64,000 nucleotides of DNA. It comes from Deltaproteobacteria bacterium. Its GTDB lineage: Bacteria; Desulfobacterota_D; UBA1144; Nemesobacterales; CSP1-2. The DNA is taken from the NCBI GenBank assembly GCA_016187835.1, contig JACPIY010000104.1, positions 5,327 to 69,326 of the forward strand, in the 5' to 3' direction. Positions 19,639-29,695 of this stretch are shown here, in pieces (the first letter of the stretch is position 1; every line of letters starts with the position of its first letter). The notes beneath the pieces were generated by a model. The model did no database searches and had not been told where the DNA came from. It saw only the letters and a list, made by a program, of their open reading frames with translations. Both the position numbers and the translations under genes were made by a program.

Positions 19639-20805
19639 ATGAAATTTCTTTCCCTAATATTCAAGAATGTATTTCGTAAGAAGACGCGGACGATTTTGAC
19701 TATTGGTTCAATCATTCTTCCCCTTCTGATTATTTGTATTATGGGAAGCTTTCTGAAGGCTCTGGACGCGCCCGACCCGGCCGAGACCCGGGGTATGTTT
19801 CGTATAGTCACTCGACACAAGGTCGGATTCACCAATGATTTACCCATAAGTTACGTGGAAAGGATCCGGCAATTGGACGGTGCATTAGCGGTGACTACGT
19901 TTGACTGGTTTGGAGGTACATACATTGACAACAGCGCCCGGAATTTCTTTGCCCGTTTTGCCGTAGAACCAGAGACTTTTTTGCAGGTATTCGACGATGC
20001 TAAAGTGACCAGAGGCTCAATAGACGACTGGATGAGCGACAGAGCGGGTGCTTTAGTAGGGGAAGATCTGATGAAAAAGTACGGTTGGAGGATGGGGGAT
20101 CAAATCGTTTTGGTTGGCGATATTTATCCGGTTGCTCTTCAACTTACTATACGGACTGTTTACGGAGTTTCTTACGGGGGTTCAGACGGTCTTTTTTTCA
20201 ATCGCAAATATCTGGAAGAAGCGCTTCCAAGCTTTGAAGGAACTGTCGGAACTATATGGACCAAGTGTCGAGATGCCGAGGCGGCTAATCGGCTTTCCGA
20301 CGAAATCGATCGGATCTTCGAGAACTCACCATATCCGACTATAACAGAGAGTGAAAAGGCTTTCCAGATGGGTTTTGTCTCCATGTTGGGGAACGTCAAG
20401 CTATTGATTACATCGCTTGGTATCATCATAGTGCTTGTCATCATTCTTATTGCCGCAAACACCATGGCCCTTTCTGCACGTGAACGGGTAAGAGAGATAG
20501 CGGTTCTACGCACCCTGGGATTTACCAGGAGAATGATTCTGGTGCTAATTCTCGGGGAAAGCCTTACGCTGGCTTTGATCGGAGGCTTTCTTGGTTTAGG
20601 TGGCTTTATTTTGGGTCTTAAGCCATTTAAAGCCAGCTTGATGGATACCCCTATTTCTGGATTTGCTTCTGCTATCATGCTTTTCCCCGAAGTGCTCCTT
20701 GTAGGTCTGGGAGTTACAGTTTTGGTAGGTCTTCTCTCCGGGCTGGGTCCTGCAATTCGTGCCAGCCAGCGTCCTATTACCGAAGGTCTCAGGCATATGG
20801 GGTGA
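19639..20805 (+). CDS. ABC transporter permease, FtsX-like (MacB-type)
   Basis: 388 aa; N-terminal TM, large periplasmic domain, C-terminal 3-TM FtsX domain. Confidence 0.85.
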   Translation: MKFLSLIFKNVFRKKTRTILTIGSIILPLLIICIMGSFLKALDAPDPAETRGMFRIVTRHKVGFTNDLPISYVERIRQLDGALAVTTFDWFGGTYIDNSARNFFARFAVEPETFLQVFDDAKVTRGSIDDWMSDRAGALVGEDLMKKYGWRMGDQIVLVGDIYPVALQLTIRTVYGVSYGGSDGLFFNRKYLEEALPSFEGTVGTIWTKCRDAEAANRLSDEIDRIFENSPYPTITESEKAFQMGFVSMLGNVKLLITSLGIIIVLVIILIAANTMALSARERVREIAVLRTLGFTRRMILVLILGESLTLALIGGFLGLGGFILGLKPFKASLMDTPISGFASAIMLFPEVLLVGLGVTVLVGLLSGLGPAIRASQRPITEGLRHMG

Positions 20806-20809
20806 AGCT

Positions 20810-21985
20810 ATGGGTATTCCGGTCAAATACAATATTCGCAACTTGATAGTCCGCAAGATCACGACCGGATTGACGGTTCTGGGAATTGCTCTGGTTGTGG
20901 CGGTTTTTCTATGTGTCATGTCCCTTGCCGAGGGATTGGCGCGCGTTTTCAAGTCATCCGGTTCAGTGAGAAACATCATAGTTCTTCGCCAAAACTCCCA
21001 ATCCGAAGTCCAATCAGGCGTTACACGCGATCAGGTACCACTCATCATGACTTTACCCGGAATCGAGAGGGACACAGATGGCAGTCCTCTGGCTTCTCCG
21101 GAGCTGGTGGTTGGCCTCAATCTGGAGAAAATCGAAGGAGGAACCTCTAACGTCACTCTTAGAGGAATCTCGGAAAAGGGTTCTCTTTTAAGACCCCAGT
21201 TCAGGCTAATCGAAGGACGCATGTTCAGCCCAGGTCTTTCGGAGGTAATAGTTTCAAGCGGTATCTCGAAGCGATTCAAAAATTGCGGTCTAGGCGATAT
21301 TATTCGTTTTGGTTCATACCTGTGGAATGTGGTGGGGATCTTTGACGCCGGCGGAACTGCTCCGGACAGTGAAATCTGGACGGAGGTAGATGGAGCCTTA
21401 AATGACTTTAAGAGGTTAGCTTACTCGTCAGTCCTTTTACGAACTACGGATAGCGTTGCTCGAGACCAGATTATAAAAGCTTTAGCCATCGATCCTCGTC
21501 TCGCCCTCGAAGGAAAATCAGAACGCGCTTACTATGAAGAGCAGACATCCACAGCTGAACCTATAAAGTTCCTCGGCTTCTTCATCGGAGTTATAATGGC
21601 TATAGGAGCGAGCTTCGGCGCAATGAACACCATGTATGCGACTGTTTCTGCACGCACTCAGGAGATCGCTACGCTTCGCGTCTTGGGCTTCTCTCGACCG
21701 GCTATTCTAGCCTCGTTCATCGTGGAAGCGCTTTGTCTTGCCCTCTTGGGCGGTCTCCTAGGTTGCCTGTTAGGAATCCTCGCCGTCAACCTTGCTCTTT
21801 CAGGAATCACCGGCACAACCAATTTTACCACATTCTCTGAAGTTGTTTTTGCCTTTCGGTTGACACCAAAACTCTTGCTAATGGGAATTGTCTTTTCAAT
21901 TTTTACTGGCTTAATTGGTGGAATCTTGCCCGCCAGCCAAGCGGCATTTACTAAAATCACCCTCGCTCTTCGGCAGGTGGGATAA
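20810..21985 (+). CDS. ABC transporter permease, FtsX-like (second copy)
   Basis: Same architecture as previous gene; ATG at 20810 lies 4 nt after the upstream stop and follows GGGGTGA; ORF track extends to a GTG at 20759. Confidence 0.85.
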   Translation: MGIPVKYNIRNLIVRKITTGLTVLGIALVVAVFLCVMSLAEGLARVFKSSGSVRNIIVLRQNSQSEVQSGVTRDQVPLIMTLPGIERDTDGSPLASPELVVGLNLEKIEGGTSNVTLRGISEKGSLLRPQFRLIEGRMFSPGLSEVIVSSGISKRFKNCGLGDIIRFGSYLWNVVGIFDAGGTAPDSEIWTEVDGALNDFKRLAYSSVLLRTTDSVARDQIIKALAIDPRLALEGKSERAYYEEQTSTAEPIKFLGFFIGVIMAIGASFGAMNTMYATVSARTQEIATLRVLGFSRPAILASFIVEALCLALLGGLLGCLLGILAVNLALSGITGTTNFTTFSEVVFAFRLTPKLLLMGIVFSIFTGLIGGILPASQAAFTKITLALRQVG

Positions 21986-22001
21986 ATGAAATTAAGACAG
22001 G

Positions 22002-23300
22002 TTAATTACTTTCATCCCAAGTTCCCATATGCCTATCTCCGAATGGGCACTTTCCGAGTCTTATATGTTCTTCAAATTCATGTCGGAATTTCTTTACAAT
22101 GGACTCAATAGGCATTGCACAACCATCGGCAAGGGCACAGATCGTTGTTCCCTTCATCTGAAAACAGGCATCAAGAAGAGTATCAATGTACTCCATCCTT
22201 CCTCTTCCCTCTTCAATTTTTGCAAGCATTTTTTCAAGCCACCAAGTGCCTTCTCTACATTGAACGCATTGCCCACAGGATTCATCCCTATAGAAGTGAG
22301 CTAAATTTTCGGCAACCCTTACCATACAGGTAGAGTCATCAATCACAGTCACTCCGGCAGTGCCAAGCATAGAACCCGCCTTTGCCAACGAATCAAAATC
22401 CATCGGGATGTCTATCTCTTCCGCCGTAAGCACCGGGGCAGATGAACCGCCTGGGGATATTGCTTTTACATGTCTTCCCTTTGGTACCCCTTCTCCGTAC
22501 TCATGGATTAACTCGCGAAGGGGGATGCCAAGAGGAAGCTCATAGAGTCCGGGGCGATTTATGCTTCCGCTCAAGCCATAGATTTTTGTTCCCGTATTTT
22601 TCGGTGTGCCTATACTTGAAAACCACTCCGCCCCCCTATTGATTATATGAGGCACACAGGCCAGGGTTTCTACGTTGTTAACGATTGTCGGACATCCAAA
22701 AAGTCCAATTTGTGCAGGAAAAGGAGGCTTTGGTCTTGGCTCTCCGTTCTTACCTTCAATTGATTCCAAAAGTCCCGTCTCTTCTCCGCAAATGTAAGCG
22801 CCAGCCCCTTTAAAAAGTACTACGTCAATATTGAATCCGGAGCCTAAGATGTTTTCTCCTAGAAAACCTTTTTCATAAGCTTCATAAATCGAAGTTTCTA
22901 AAACCCTTGCCCCCTTGGGCATCTCACCCCTTATGTAGATGTAGCATTTATGGGAATTGATTGCATAACACGCAATTATAATTCCCTCCAACATCTGGTG
23001 CGGATCGCGCTCAATTATTTCTCTGTCTTTGAAACTACCGGGCTCGCTCTCGTCGGCGTTACAGCAGAGATAAATCGGTTTTTTGGAGTCCCTCTGGATA
23101 AAGCTCCATTTGATTCCCGTCGGAAACCCGGCTCCCCCTCTACCGCGAAGGCCGGATTTTTTTACTTCATCAATTATCCGAAGTGGATCCATTTTGAGTG
23201 CTGTAGGAAGCGCGGTATAACCACCAGAAGCGATATAAGACCGTATTGACTCGGAGTTGGCTCTATCTACATAAGTGCGGATAATTCTCATCTCAGGCAT
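22002..23300 (-). CDS. NuoF-like NADH-binding flavoprotein (complex I 51-kDa subunit family), stand-alone
   Basis: 432 aa; GRGGAGFPTGIKW FMN/NADH motif and CGQCVQCREG 4Fe-4S motif; no nuoE or nuoG adjacent. Confidence 0.85.
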   Translation of the reverse strand: MPEMRIIRTYVDRANSESIRSYIASGGYTALPTALKMDPLRIIDEVKKSGLRGRGGAGFPTGIKWSFIQRDSKKPIYLCCNADESEPGSFKDREIIERDPHQMLEGIIIACYAINSHKCYIYIRGEMPKGARVLETSIYEAYEKGFLGENILGSGFNIDVVLFKGAGAYICGEETGLLESIEGKNGEPRPKPPFPAQIGLFGCPTIVNNVETLACVPHIINRGAEWFSSIGTPKNTGTKIYGLSGSINRPGLYELPLGIPLRELIHEYGEGVPKGRHVKAISPGGSSAPVLTAEEIDIPMDFDSLAKAGSMLGTAGVTVIDDSTCMVRVAENLAHFYRDESCGQCVQCREGTWWLEKMLAKIEEGRGRMEYIDTLLDACFQMKGTTICALADGCAMPIESIVKKFRHEFEEHIRLGKCPFGDRHMGTWDESN

Positions 23301-23348
23301 TTTCTCATTCCCTTGGCTCTTGTGGTCAGATTATTTTAAATGGACACT

Positions 23349-24248
23349 CTAAGTCTTGGCAAGTTTAATCTTGTCTTCTCTTTCAAATTCTCTAATAGAC
23401 GACTGATTCTTTTTAAATGATCCCAATTCACGGGCAATGATACGAGCGGCTTCTTCCACAGTTAAAGAAACATCAAGATCAATACCGTATTTTTTCATCT
23501 CTAAAAAGAGCGCACCAAGAACGGGTGGTTCTACATGACACCCAGCGAGAAGCTCAACCTCAGAAAATATCTCTTTTGGAGAGCCCTTCGCAACCATTTC
23601 CCCTCCCGCAGCCATAAGGTATACCGTATCTGCTATCAATGGAACCGTATCAATATTATGAGTGGATAGAATAATAGCCGTCTTGTTTTCATCATTTATT
23701 CGATTTAGAAGGTTGATGAGTTCCATCCTGCAGGTAGGATCTAGCCCCTCAAAAGGCTCATCAAGCATAAGAAGTTCGGGTCTTGTAACAAGAGCACCAG
23801 CAAGCCCAACTTTTGTTTTCTCCCCTCCGCTCAAATAGTGGGGAACTTTAGCTTTTAAATGCTTAATATCGAGCTTCTCCATGACGTCTTCCACAAGTTT
23901 TTCTATATCTTCTCTCTTGTAGCCATAATTTCGGGGAGAAAAAGAAATATCGTCCCGTACCGTAGGGGCGATGATCTGTTCGTCTACGTTTTGAACAAGT
24001 ACTCCAATACGCTCTCTTATTTTTATATAATCACGGGATGGATTAACTCCTAAAACCCGTATTTCTCCCTGAGACGGTTTAAAAAGACCAACAAGGTGAA
24101 AAAGCAAAGTGGATTTTCCGCTTCCGTTTGGCCCTAAAATCACTACGCGCTCGCCTTTATGGACAACAAAGTCAATTCCATGAAAGTGAAGCGTTGTCCC
24201 GTCGGGATACTTATATTTAAGGTCACTAACCCTCACTAACTCTTCCAA
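23349..24248 (-). CDS. cbiO: ECF-type transporter ATPase (CbiO/EcfA)
   Basis: 299 aa; Walker A GPNGSGKST, signature LSGGEKTKVGLAGAL, Walker B LLMLDEP. Confidence 0.85.
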   Translation of the reverse strand: MEELVRVSDLKYKYPDGTTLHFHGIDFVVHKGERVVILGPNGSGKSTLLFHLVGLFKPSQGEIRVLGVNPSRDYIKIRERIGVLVQNVDEQIIAPTVRDDISFSPRNYGYKREDIEKLVEDVMEKLDIKHLKAKVPHYLSGGEKTKVGLAGALVTRPELLMLDEPFEGLDPTCRMELINLLNRINDENKTAIILSTHNIDTVPLIADTVYLMAAGGEMVAKGSPKEIFSEVELLAGCHVEPPVLGALFLEMKKYGIDLDVSLTVEEAARIIARELGSFKKNQSSIREFEREDKIKLAKT

Positions 24249-25057
24249 GAGACACCTCGATCTCTATTGAAATAAACGTAAGAGGCCGCGATAACAACAA
24301 ATAAAACTGAGACAATAAGCACAAAAACATGGTATCGGTTAAAGTCGTTTTCAAACCATAGCACTACAGATAATACTAAGATCAAAATACCTATCACAAC
24401 TGGTATAAAATCTTTTTGACTAAACCCTTTTTTCTCGCCTTCTGCCATTTTTCCGCTATATCCCCTGATCTTCATTACTCCATATAATTTTTCAGATAGA
24501 TCAAATCCTCGAACGAGAAGAAGCCCTATTCCAGAGGAAAAATTGGTTATGTTCTTAATGTACCCTCTTGGGCTGAGCCCCCCTCTTACTCTGAGAGCAC
24601 GAATGAGATTTCCCATAAGCTCAAGGAGTATAAAAAGAGACCTATAAGTAAGAAAAAGCCCCTCAACCACGATCCTGGGAAGGAAAGGATTAATAGCCGT
24701 AAACACACTTGGGTAAGGCGTAGTTACAATAAGGAGCACCATAGCAAGGGCGGCACTTAGGGCTTTTAACACAATGATCCCGCCTCTTATCCAGCTCCCG
24801 TTCCAGCTAGCCGCTGCAAAAAGTACACCGAAAATAGCAGGGTATGCTGCAATAGAGATGATTTTAAAAAAAGGGAGCCTGGTTAAAATTACTAAAGCCG
24901 TAAGAACTAGATATATGCTAAGAAGCAGAATCAAATCGTTTGTAACCACAACTGAGGCAAGAACGAAAACAACAAGGATTATCTTATGAATCGCTGGAGA
25001 CCGATGAAGAAAACTCTTTCCACTATTTGCAAAATAGTCAATTAGCCCGATATCCAT
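24236..25057 (-). CDS. cbiQ: ECF transporter transmembrane (T) component CbiQ
   Basis: 273 aa multi-TM; overlaps cbiO by 13 nt; CbiQ-like topology. Confidence 0.75.
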   Translation of the reverse strand: MDIGLIDYFANSGKSFLHRSPAIHKIILVVFVLASVVVTNDLILLLSIYLVLTALVILTRLPFFKIISIAAYPAIFGVLFAAASWNGSWIRGGIIVLKALSAALAMVLLIVTTPYPSVFTAINPFLPRIVVEGLFLTYRSLFILLELMGNLIRALRVRGGLSPRGYIKNITNFSSGIGLLLVRGFDLSEKLYGVMKIRGYSGKMAEGEKKGFSQKDFIPVVIGILILVLSVVLWFENDFNRYHVFVLIVSVLFVVIAASYVYFNRDRGVSWKS

Positions 25058-25067
25058 AAAACGACTC

Positions 25068-25805
25068 CTAGGTTACTTTAGATAAAATCAAGTCAGGCCT
25101 AACTCGGAAAACATATCCAATGACAAAACCCGTAATTACCGATTCCAGCATCCATCCAAATATCCCAAGAAAAAAAACTGTCTTGGCAAACCTTTCAATA
25201 TCTATTTTTTTGTCTAGAACTAGATGTTTTTCATGCCTTTCGAATAGTCCTTGAGATAACATTTTTTCGTCGGAACTTTGTTCATCTTTATGCAAAATCC
25301 TTCCGGGACTGGCCTGAGACATATAAACAATACCAATCATAAGAGAACTACTTAAAATAAGGCTAAATACAGCCGCTAGGGCAGAAGACAACCCGGCTGA
25401 CAGTCTACCATCGCTTACAACACCCCAAAAAACTCGAAAGAGATAAAAACCCAATGCAGCTTCAGCTCCAACAATTAAACTATTTAATCCTACGACAGTA
25501 ATTCCACCGTGACCAAACATAGCTATTATTAATTCAACAATAAAAACAGCAATAAACGCAAGGGAAGGACCTAAAACTATACCTGCAATCACGCTGAGGT
25601 TTACATGATATGCTATTGGGACAATCTCAAGCGTCATACCAACTATCATAAGTGCAGAAACAATTCCGATAAGGGGAAGCTTCTGCTCCAACTTTACGTT
25701 TTTAACCCTCATTATACAAAAAGAAAGAATACCAAAAGTAATAATCCAACCTGCAAACACAAGCCACAGTGGAAGCACGCCGTCAGGAATATGCATGTGA
25801 GACAT
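25068..25805 (-). CDS. cbiM: cobalt/nickel ECF transporter substrate-capture component CbiM/NikM
   Basis: 245 aa; N-terminus MSHMHIPDG matches the conserved CbiM/NikM metal-binding MHIPDG start. Confidence 0.85.
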   Translation of the reverse strand: MSHMHIPDGVLPLWLVFAGWIITFGILSFCIMRVKNVKLEQKLPLIGIVSALMIVGMTLEIVPIAYHVNLSVIAGIVLGPSLAFIAVFIVELIIAMFGHGGITVVGLNSLIVGAEAALGFYLFRVFWGVVSDGRLSAGLSSALAAVFSLILSSSLMIGIVYMSQASPGRILHKDEQSSDEKMLSQGLFERHEKHLVLDKKIDIERFAKTVFFLGIFGWMLESVITGFVIGYVFRVRPDLILSKVT

Positions 25806-25826
25806 TTAATTAACCCCTCCCACCAC

Positions 25827-26303
25827 CTATCCTCCTCCCTTCATGTGCACCTGACATTTTTGGCATTTTCCAAAGAGCTGTAAAAAATGCTTTTGAATTA
25901 AAAATCCAGTTTTTTTAGATAATTTTTTTGATATATCTTCAAGCGGACATTCAGCAAATTCCACTACTCGATTGCACTCTATGCACACTATCGGATGCTG
26001 ATGTCCATCCGGTGCAACAGCATAGCTATGGCAACCATCTTCCAAGTGAACTCTTAGAACTAAGCCCAAATCCGCAAGCGTCTCGAGTGATCTATAAACA
26101 GTGGCAAGCCCGGTTCCGGGAAGAATCCTGCGAACCTTCTTATAAATCTCAGATATTGAAATATGCGACGAACTGTTATGAAGTACACTGAGCACGGAAA
26201 GACGTTGGGGTGTACATTTAAGTCCGTGCCCGTGAAAAAGTGTTCTAATTGCCTGTTGTTCGCTAAGCTTATAGATTTCCGAATCCCTCAAATTGCGTTC
26301 CAT
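25827..26303 (-). CDS. Fur-family metalloregulator (Fur/Nur/Zur-like)
   Basis: DNA-binding helix TPQRLSVLSVL...ATVYRSLETL; metal sites HLEDGCHSYA and HQHPIVCIECNRV...CQKCQ; ORF track extends to 26441 but ATG at 26303 gives a typical ~158 aa Fur. Confidence 0.8.
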   Translation of the reverse strand: MERNLRDSEIYKLSEQQAIRTLFHGHGLKCTPQRLSVLSVLHNSSSHISISEIYKKVRRILPGTGLATVYRSLETLADLGLVLRVHLEDGCHSYAVAPDGHQHPIVCIECNRVVEFAECPLEDISKKLSKKTGFLIQKHFLQLFGKCQKCQVHMKGGG

Positions 26304-26459
26304 TGCTAATTGAGAATTTTTTTCAATTGTAATTGACAAAACCGACTCTGTCAATTTTAGGGAAACTACTTTAACAAAGAAACTATTGACCTTTCCAGGA
26401 CTTTTGTATATTTTTCTCTGCCAATACTTAAAAAGCGGCAAAGGCTATATAGTTATTAG

Positions 26460-27662
26460 GTGGTTAATATTAAATCCCAAAATCAGAAGCAGTATGATGT
26501 GATTGTAGTAGGAGGTGGCCCCAGCGGTCTTCATACGGCGGGTATTCTGTCCGAATCTGGACTAAATGTAGCTCTGTTTGACGAGGGACCGGAAATTGGA
26601 AAAGACGTAGTTTGCTCAGGTGTTGTAAGTAAAGAAGCTTTTTCAAGATATGACCTACCCAAGGAATCTTTAGTAGGCAAATTAAAAGAAGCAAAACTAT
26701 TTTCTCCAAGTGGAATTTGTATACCGTATTCACACCCGGAAGAAGCCGCGGCAGTCGTAGATCGGCACATCTTTGATGGGAAACTTGCAGAGGTCGCAAC
26801 TAACAAGGGTGCGGAGATTCAGCTCAATACAAAAGTAACTTCACTCGTAGCAAACGACAAATTCATAGAAGCCCGGGTAAAAACACAAGAAGGAGAAAAC
26901 AAGGTACGTGCTGAGCTCGTGGTAGTAGCAACTGGGATAAGTTTTAACCTTCAAACCGCTCTTGGTCTGGGACGTCCTAAAAAGATCATAAAAGGTATTC
27001 AAGTTGAAATAAGAACGCAGAAGATAGAGAGTCTAAGAGTATATTTCGGAAGTAGATTTTCAATTGGTTTTTTCGGATGGGCTATCCCTCTTTTTGACGG
27101 GAGAACAAGAATCGGACTAATGACGAACGGCAACGCTGTAGAAGGATTAAAAAATATCTTATCTGAGGTTAATCACCATAGCGACCCATGCATGGAGATA
27201 GAAAATGCCAAAAGAAGGGGAATCGCCTTCGGGTCTATATCAAAAAGCTACTCAGAGAGAATCATTGCAGTCGGTGAAGCAGCAGGACAAATAAAAACCA
27301 CAACTGGTGGAGGAATTTATTACGGTCTTATCAGCGCCGAAATCGCTTCAGAAGTAATCAAAAAAGCATTTAAAAAAAGGAGATTTGATGCAAACACTCT
27401 TTCTGAGTACGAAAAAATCTGGGAAAAGAGTCTAGGTCGAGAGATTAGATTCGGTCAATATTTCCACAAATTTTACTCAAAGCTGGATGATGACTCCATA
27501 GATGCACTCTTTAATGCCGCAAAGGACGACGGTCTTCTTTCGTTTATAGCCGAGAGGGGAAAATTCGATTGGCATAAAGAAGCCGTAATTAAAATATTAA
27601 GAAGTCCCAACTTAAGAAGGGTTCTCTGGAATGGATTGATTAGGCAGATTACAAGCTGGTAA
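26460..27662 (+). CDS. FAD-dependent oxidoreductase, geranylgeranyl reductase family
   Basis: 400 aa; N-terminal Rossmann DVIVVGGGPSGLHTAGILSESGLNVALFDE; overall GG-reductase layout. Confidence 0.7.
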   Translation: MVNIKSQNQKQYDVIVVGGGPSGLHTAGILSESGLNVALFDEGPEIGKDVVCSGVVSKEAFSRYDLPKESLVGKLKEAKLFSPSGICIPYSHPEEAAAVVDRHIFDGKLAEVATNKGAEIQLNTKVTSLVANDKFIEARVKTQEGENKVRAELVVVATGISFNLQTALGLGRPKKIIKGIQVEIRTQKIESLRVYFGSRFSIGFFGWAIPLFDGRTRIGLMTNGNAVEGLKNILSEVNHHSDPCMEIENAKRRGIAFGSISKSYSERIIAVGEAAGQIKTTTGGGIYYGLISAEIASEVIKKAFKKRRFDANTLSEYEKIWEKSLGREIRFGQYFHKFYSKLDDDSIDALFNAAKDDGLLSFIAERGKFDWHKEAVIKILRSPNLRRVLWNGLIRQITSW

Positions 27663-27719
27663 TTGGTTAATTCAACTCAAAAAACTTTCCGTATATCATT
27701 ATCACATAGCTCGTGATTC

Positions 27720-28916
27720 TTATTGCGCCATAAAAAGATCTACTGCGTGTTTGGCAAATGCCATGGACGATGTAAACGCAGGAGATATCGCATTTAAAAC
27801 GTGAAGGGAACCCTCTTCTTTTATCAAGAGAAAATCCGTAACAAGGCTTTTGCTCGGCCAGTGAACAAGCTGAGGACGGATGCCGACCTTATCCGTATCC
27901 TCAAGGTCATTCGGGCAAAGTTCTGGAATAAGCACCTTAGCTTCCTCGAAAAAGAAGCGCATTGAGTACTTTTTAAATTCATTTATAGCCGAGCACCTAA
28001 AGGCCTCGTTCTTGAAGAAAAGAACCCCATCACGGAATAGAATAGAGAACGTTTCCAGGGAAAAATCGTTAAAAAATCGATAGTCTTCACGACCAAAAAC
28101 GGGAATGGCAGTAGGACCTGCATAGACCTTATCTTCTACGCTTCTCGTAAAATGAACGCCCAGAAAAGGGTTTCTCAGGTCTGGTACAGGATAAATATTC
28201 CCGCGCACAAGATATGAGCGATCTTTCTTTAGGCTCTTATAGGTTCCTTTAAACGGCAGTATCCTATATTCCTTTCCCACTCCAAACCAATAAGCGACTT
28301 TATCAGCATGAGCCCCTGAAGCATTGATGAACTTCTTAAAGCTTATAGCCCCTTGGCTACTAACCGATGTGCGATTACCACTAAGTCCTAAGAATGCTGT
28401 ACCGTATAATATTTTAACCTTTCCCGAATTTTCCAGTTCCTCTACAAGCGCCCTCAACACTTCTTTGGGATTTATCACAGCAGTATCGGGAGAAAACAGT
28501 GCCTTATCGTATGTTGCGGCATGCGGCTCGATCTCAGAAAGCTCTTTTCTATCAATGATAAATGCTCTGGCACCGCTTTGATTTGCTCTTTGTTTAAGCT
28601 CATAAAGTCCTTCTAATTTGGACTCATCGCTTGCCACTATCACCTTGCCGGTTTCTCTAAGAGTTAATCCCTTCTCACGGCAAAACTCTTTCAAGAGACG
28701 GTTACCTACAACACAGAATCTTGCCTTGAATGTGTCAGGAGTGTAGTAGATGCCCGAATGAAGAACTCCGCTATTTCTCCCACTTGCATGGGCACCTACA
28801 GTTTTTTCCTTTTCAATAATTAGAATGTCCTCCACACCCCGCTTAAGAAGCTCACGGGCAATGGTAAGACCAGTAATGCCCGAACCTACAATTAAAACCC
28901 CGCTTTTTAGCTTCAT
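27720..28916 (-). CDS. FAD-dependent oxidoreductase, L-2-hydroxyglutarate oxidase (LhgO)-like
   Basis: 398 aa; VLIVGSGITGLTIAREL ... HASGRNSGVLHSGIYY characteristic of L2HG oxidase/DAO family. Confidence 0.7.
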   Translation of the reverse strand: MKLKSGVLIVGSGITGLTIARELLKRGVEDILIIEKEKTVGAHASGRNSGVLHSGIYYTPDTFKARFCVVGNRLLKEFCREKGLTLRETGKVIVASDESKLEGLYELKQRANQSGARAFIIDRKELSEIEPHAATYDKALFSPDTAVINPKEVLRALVEELENSGKVKILYGTAFLGLSGNRTSVSSQGAISFKKFINASGAHADKVAYWFGVGKEYRILPFKGTYKSLKKDRSYLVRGNIYPVPDLRNPFLGVHFTRSVEDKVYAGPTAIPVFGREDYRFFNDFSLETFSILFRDGVLFFKNEAFRCSAINEFKKYSMRFFFEEAKVLIPELCPNDLEDTDKVGIRPQLVHWPSKSLVTDFLLIKEEGSLHVLNAISPAFTSSMAFAKHAVDLFMAQ

Positions 28917-29172
28917 TGGTTTAACTAAGCTAGGCTCTTCTCTTTTACTATTTTTATACTGACACCTTTGTTACCCTTTTGCAAACAACAAAATCAGATT
29001 ATCTAATTGTAAACCGATTGTCTTTGAAAATTGAATCAGGTAATAAACAACAAGATAGCCAGACCAGCCAAATAGAGATGACTCTAAGTCTCGTCTCTAC
29101 ACTCATACGTAATTTGACCGAGAGCGTAAATTATGATAATGTAGTTAAATCCAACGCCAAGGAAGGGAGAGA

Positions 29173-29667
29173 ATGTTCAAGATAGGTGAGAAGGCTGTAT
29201 ATCCAGCTCATGGCGTTGTCAAGATTAAAGCCATCGAAGTTAAAGAAATATGTGGTACCAAAAAGGCTTTTTACATATTAAAAGTAATTGACAGCGATGC
29301 TACTGTCATGGTGCCTACTGATAACGCCGAAGTAGTTGGATTAAGACCCGTAATTACAAAAACCGAAATTCCTACCATCTATCGTATACTCAGAAGCAAG
29401 AAAAGAACGAATCAGTCTACAAATGGCCATCAGAGCTGGAACAAAAGGTACCGTGAATATGCCGACAAGCTAAAGAGCGGAAACATATTTGAAGTGGCTA
29501 CCGTTCTAAAGGATATACATCTTCTTCAGAATGAAAAGGAGCTTTCCTTTGGAGAACGAAGGATAATGGATGCCGCACAAGCACTTTTAGTCAAAGAGAT
29601 TTCAATAGCCAAAAGCTTAGAAGAGGAATCGGTTGCAGGCGAAATCGAAAAACTTCTAACTCAGTAA
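29173..29667 (+). CDS. carD: CarD/CdnL family RNA-polymerase-binding transcription regulator
   Basis: 164 aa; N-terminal Tudor-like RNAP-interacting domain FKIGEKAVYPAHGVVKIKAIE. Confidence 0.85.
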   Translation: MFKIGEKAVYPAHGVVKIKAIEVKEICGTKKAFYILKVIDSDATVMVPTDNAEVVGLRPVITKTEIPTIYRILRSKKRTNQSTNGHQSWNKRYREYADKLKSGNIFEVATVLKDIHLLQNEKELSFGERRIMDAAQALLVKEISIAKSLEEESVAGEIEKLLTQ

Positions 29668-29695
29668 CTGAAATTTTCCAATTTTTACTTGAGTC

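Noticed and set aside
20172-20979. Minus-strand ORFs 20172..20678 and 20596..20979 inside the FtsX permease genes
   Set aside because: Antisense; Arg/Pro-rich composition characteristic of spurious reverse frames.
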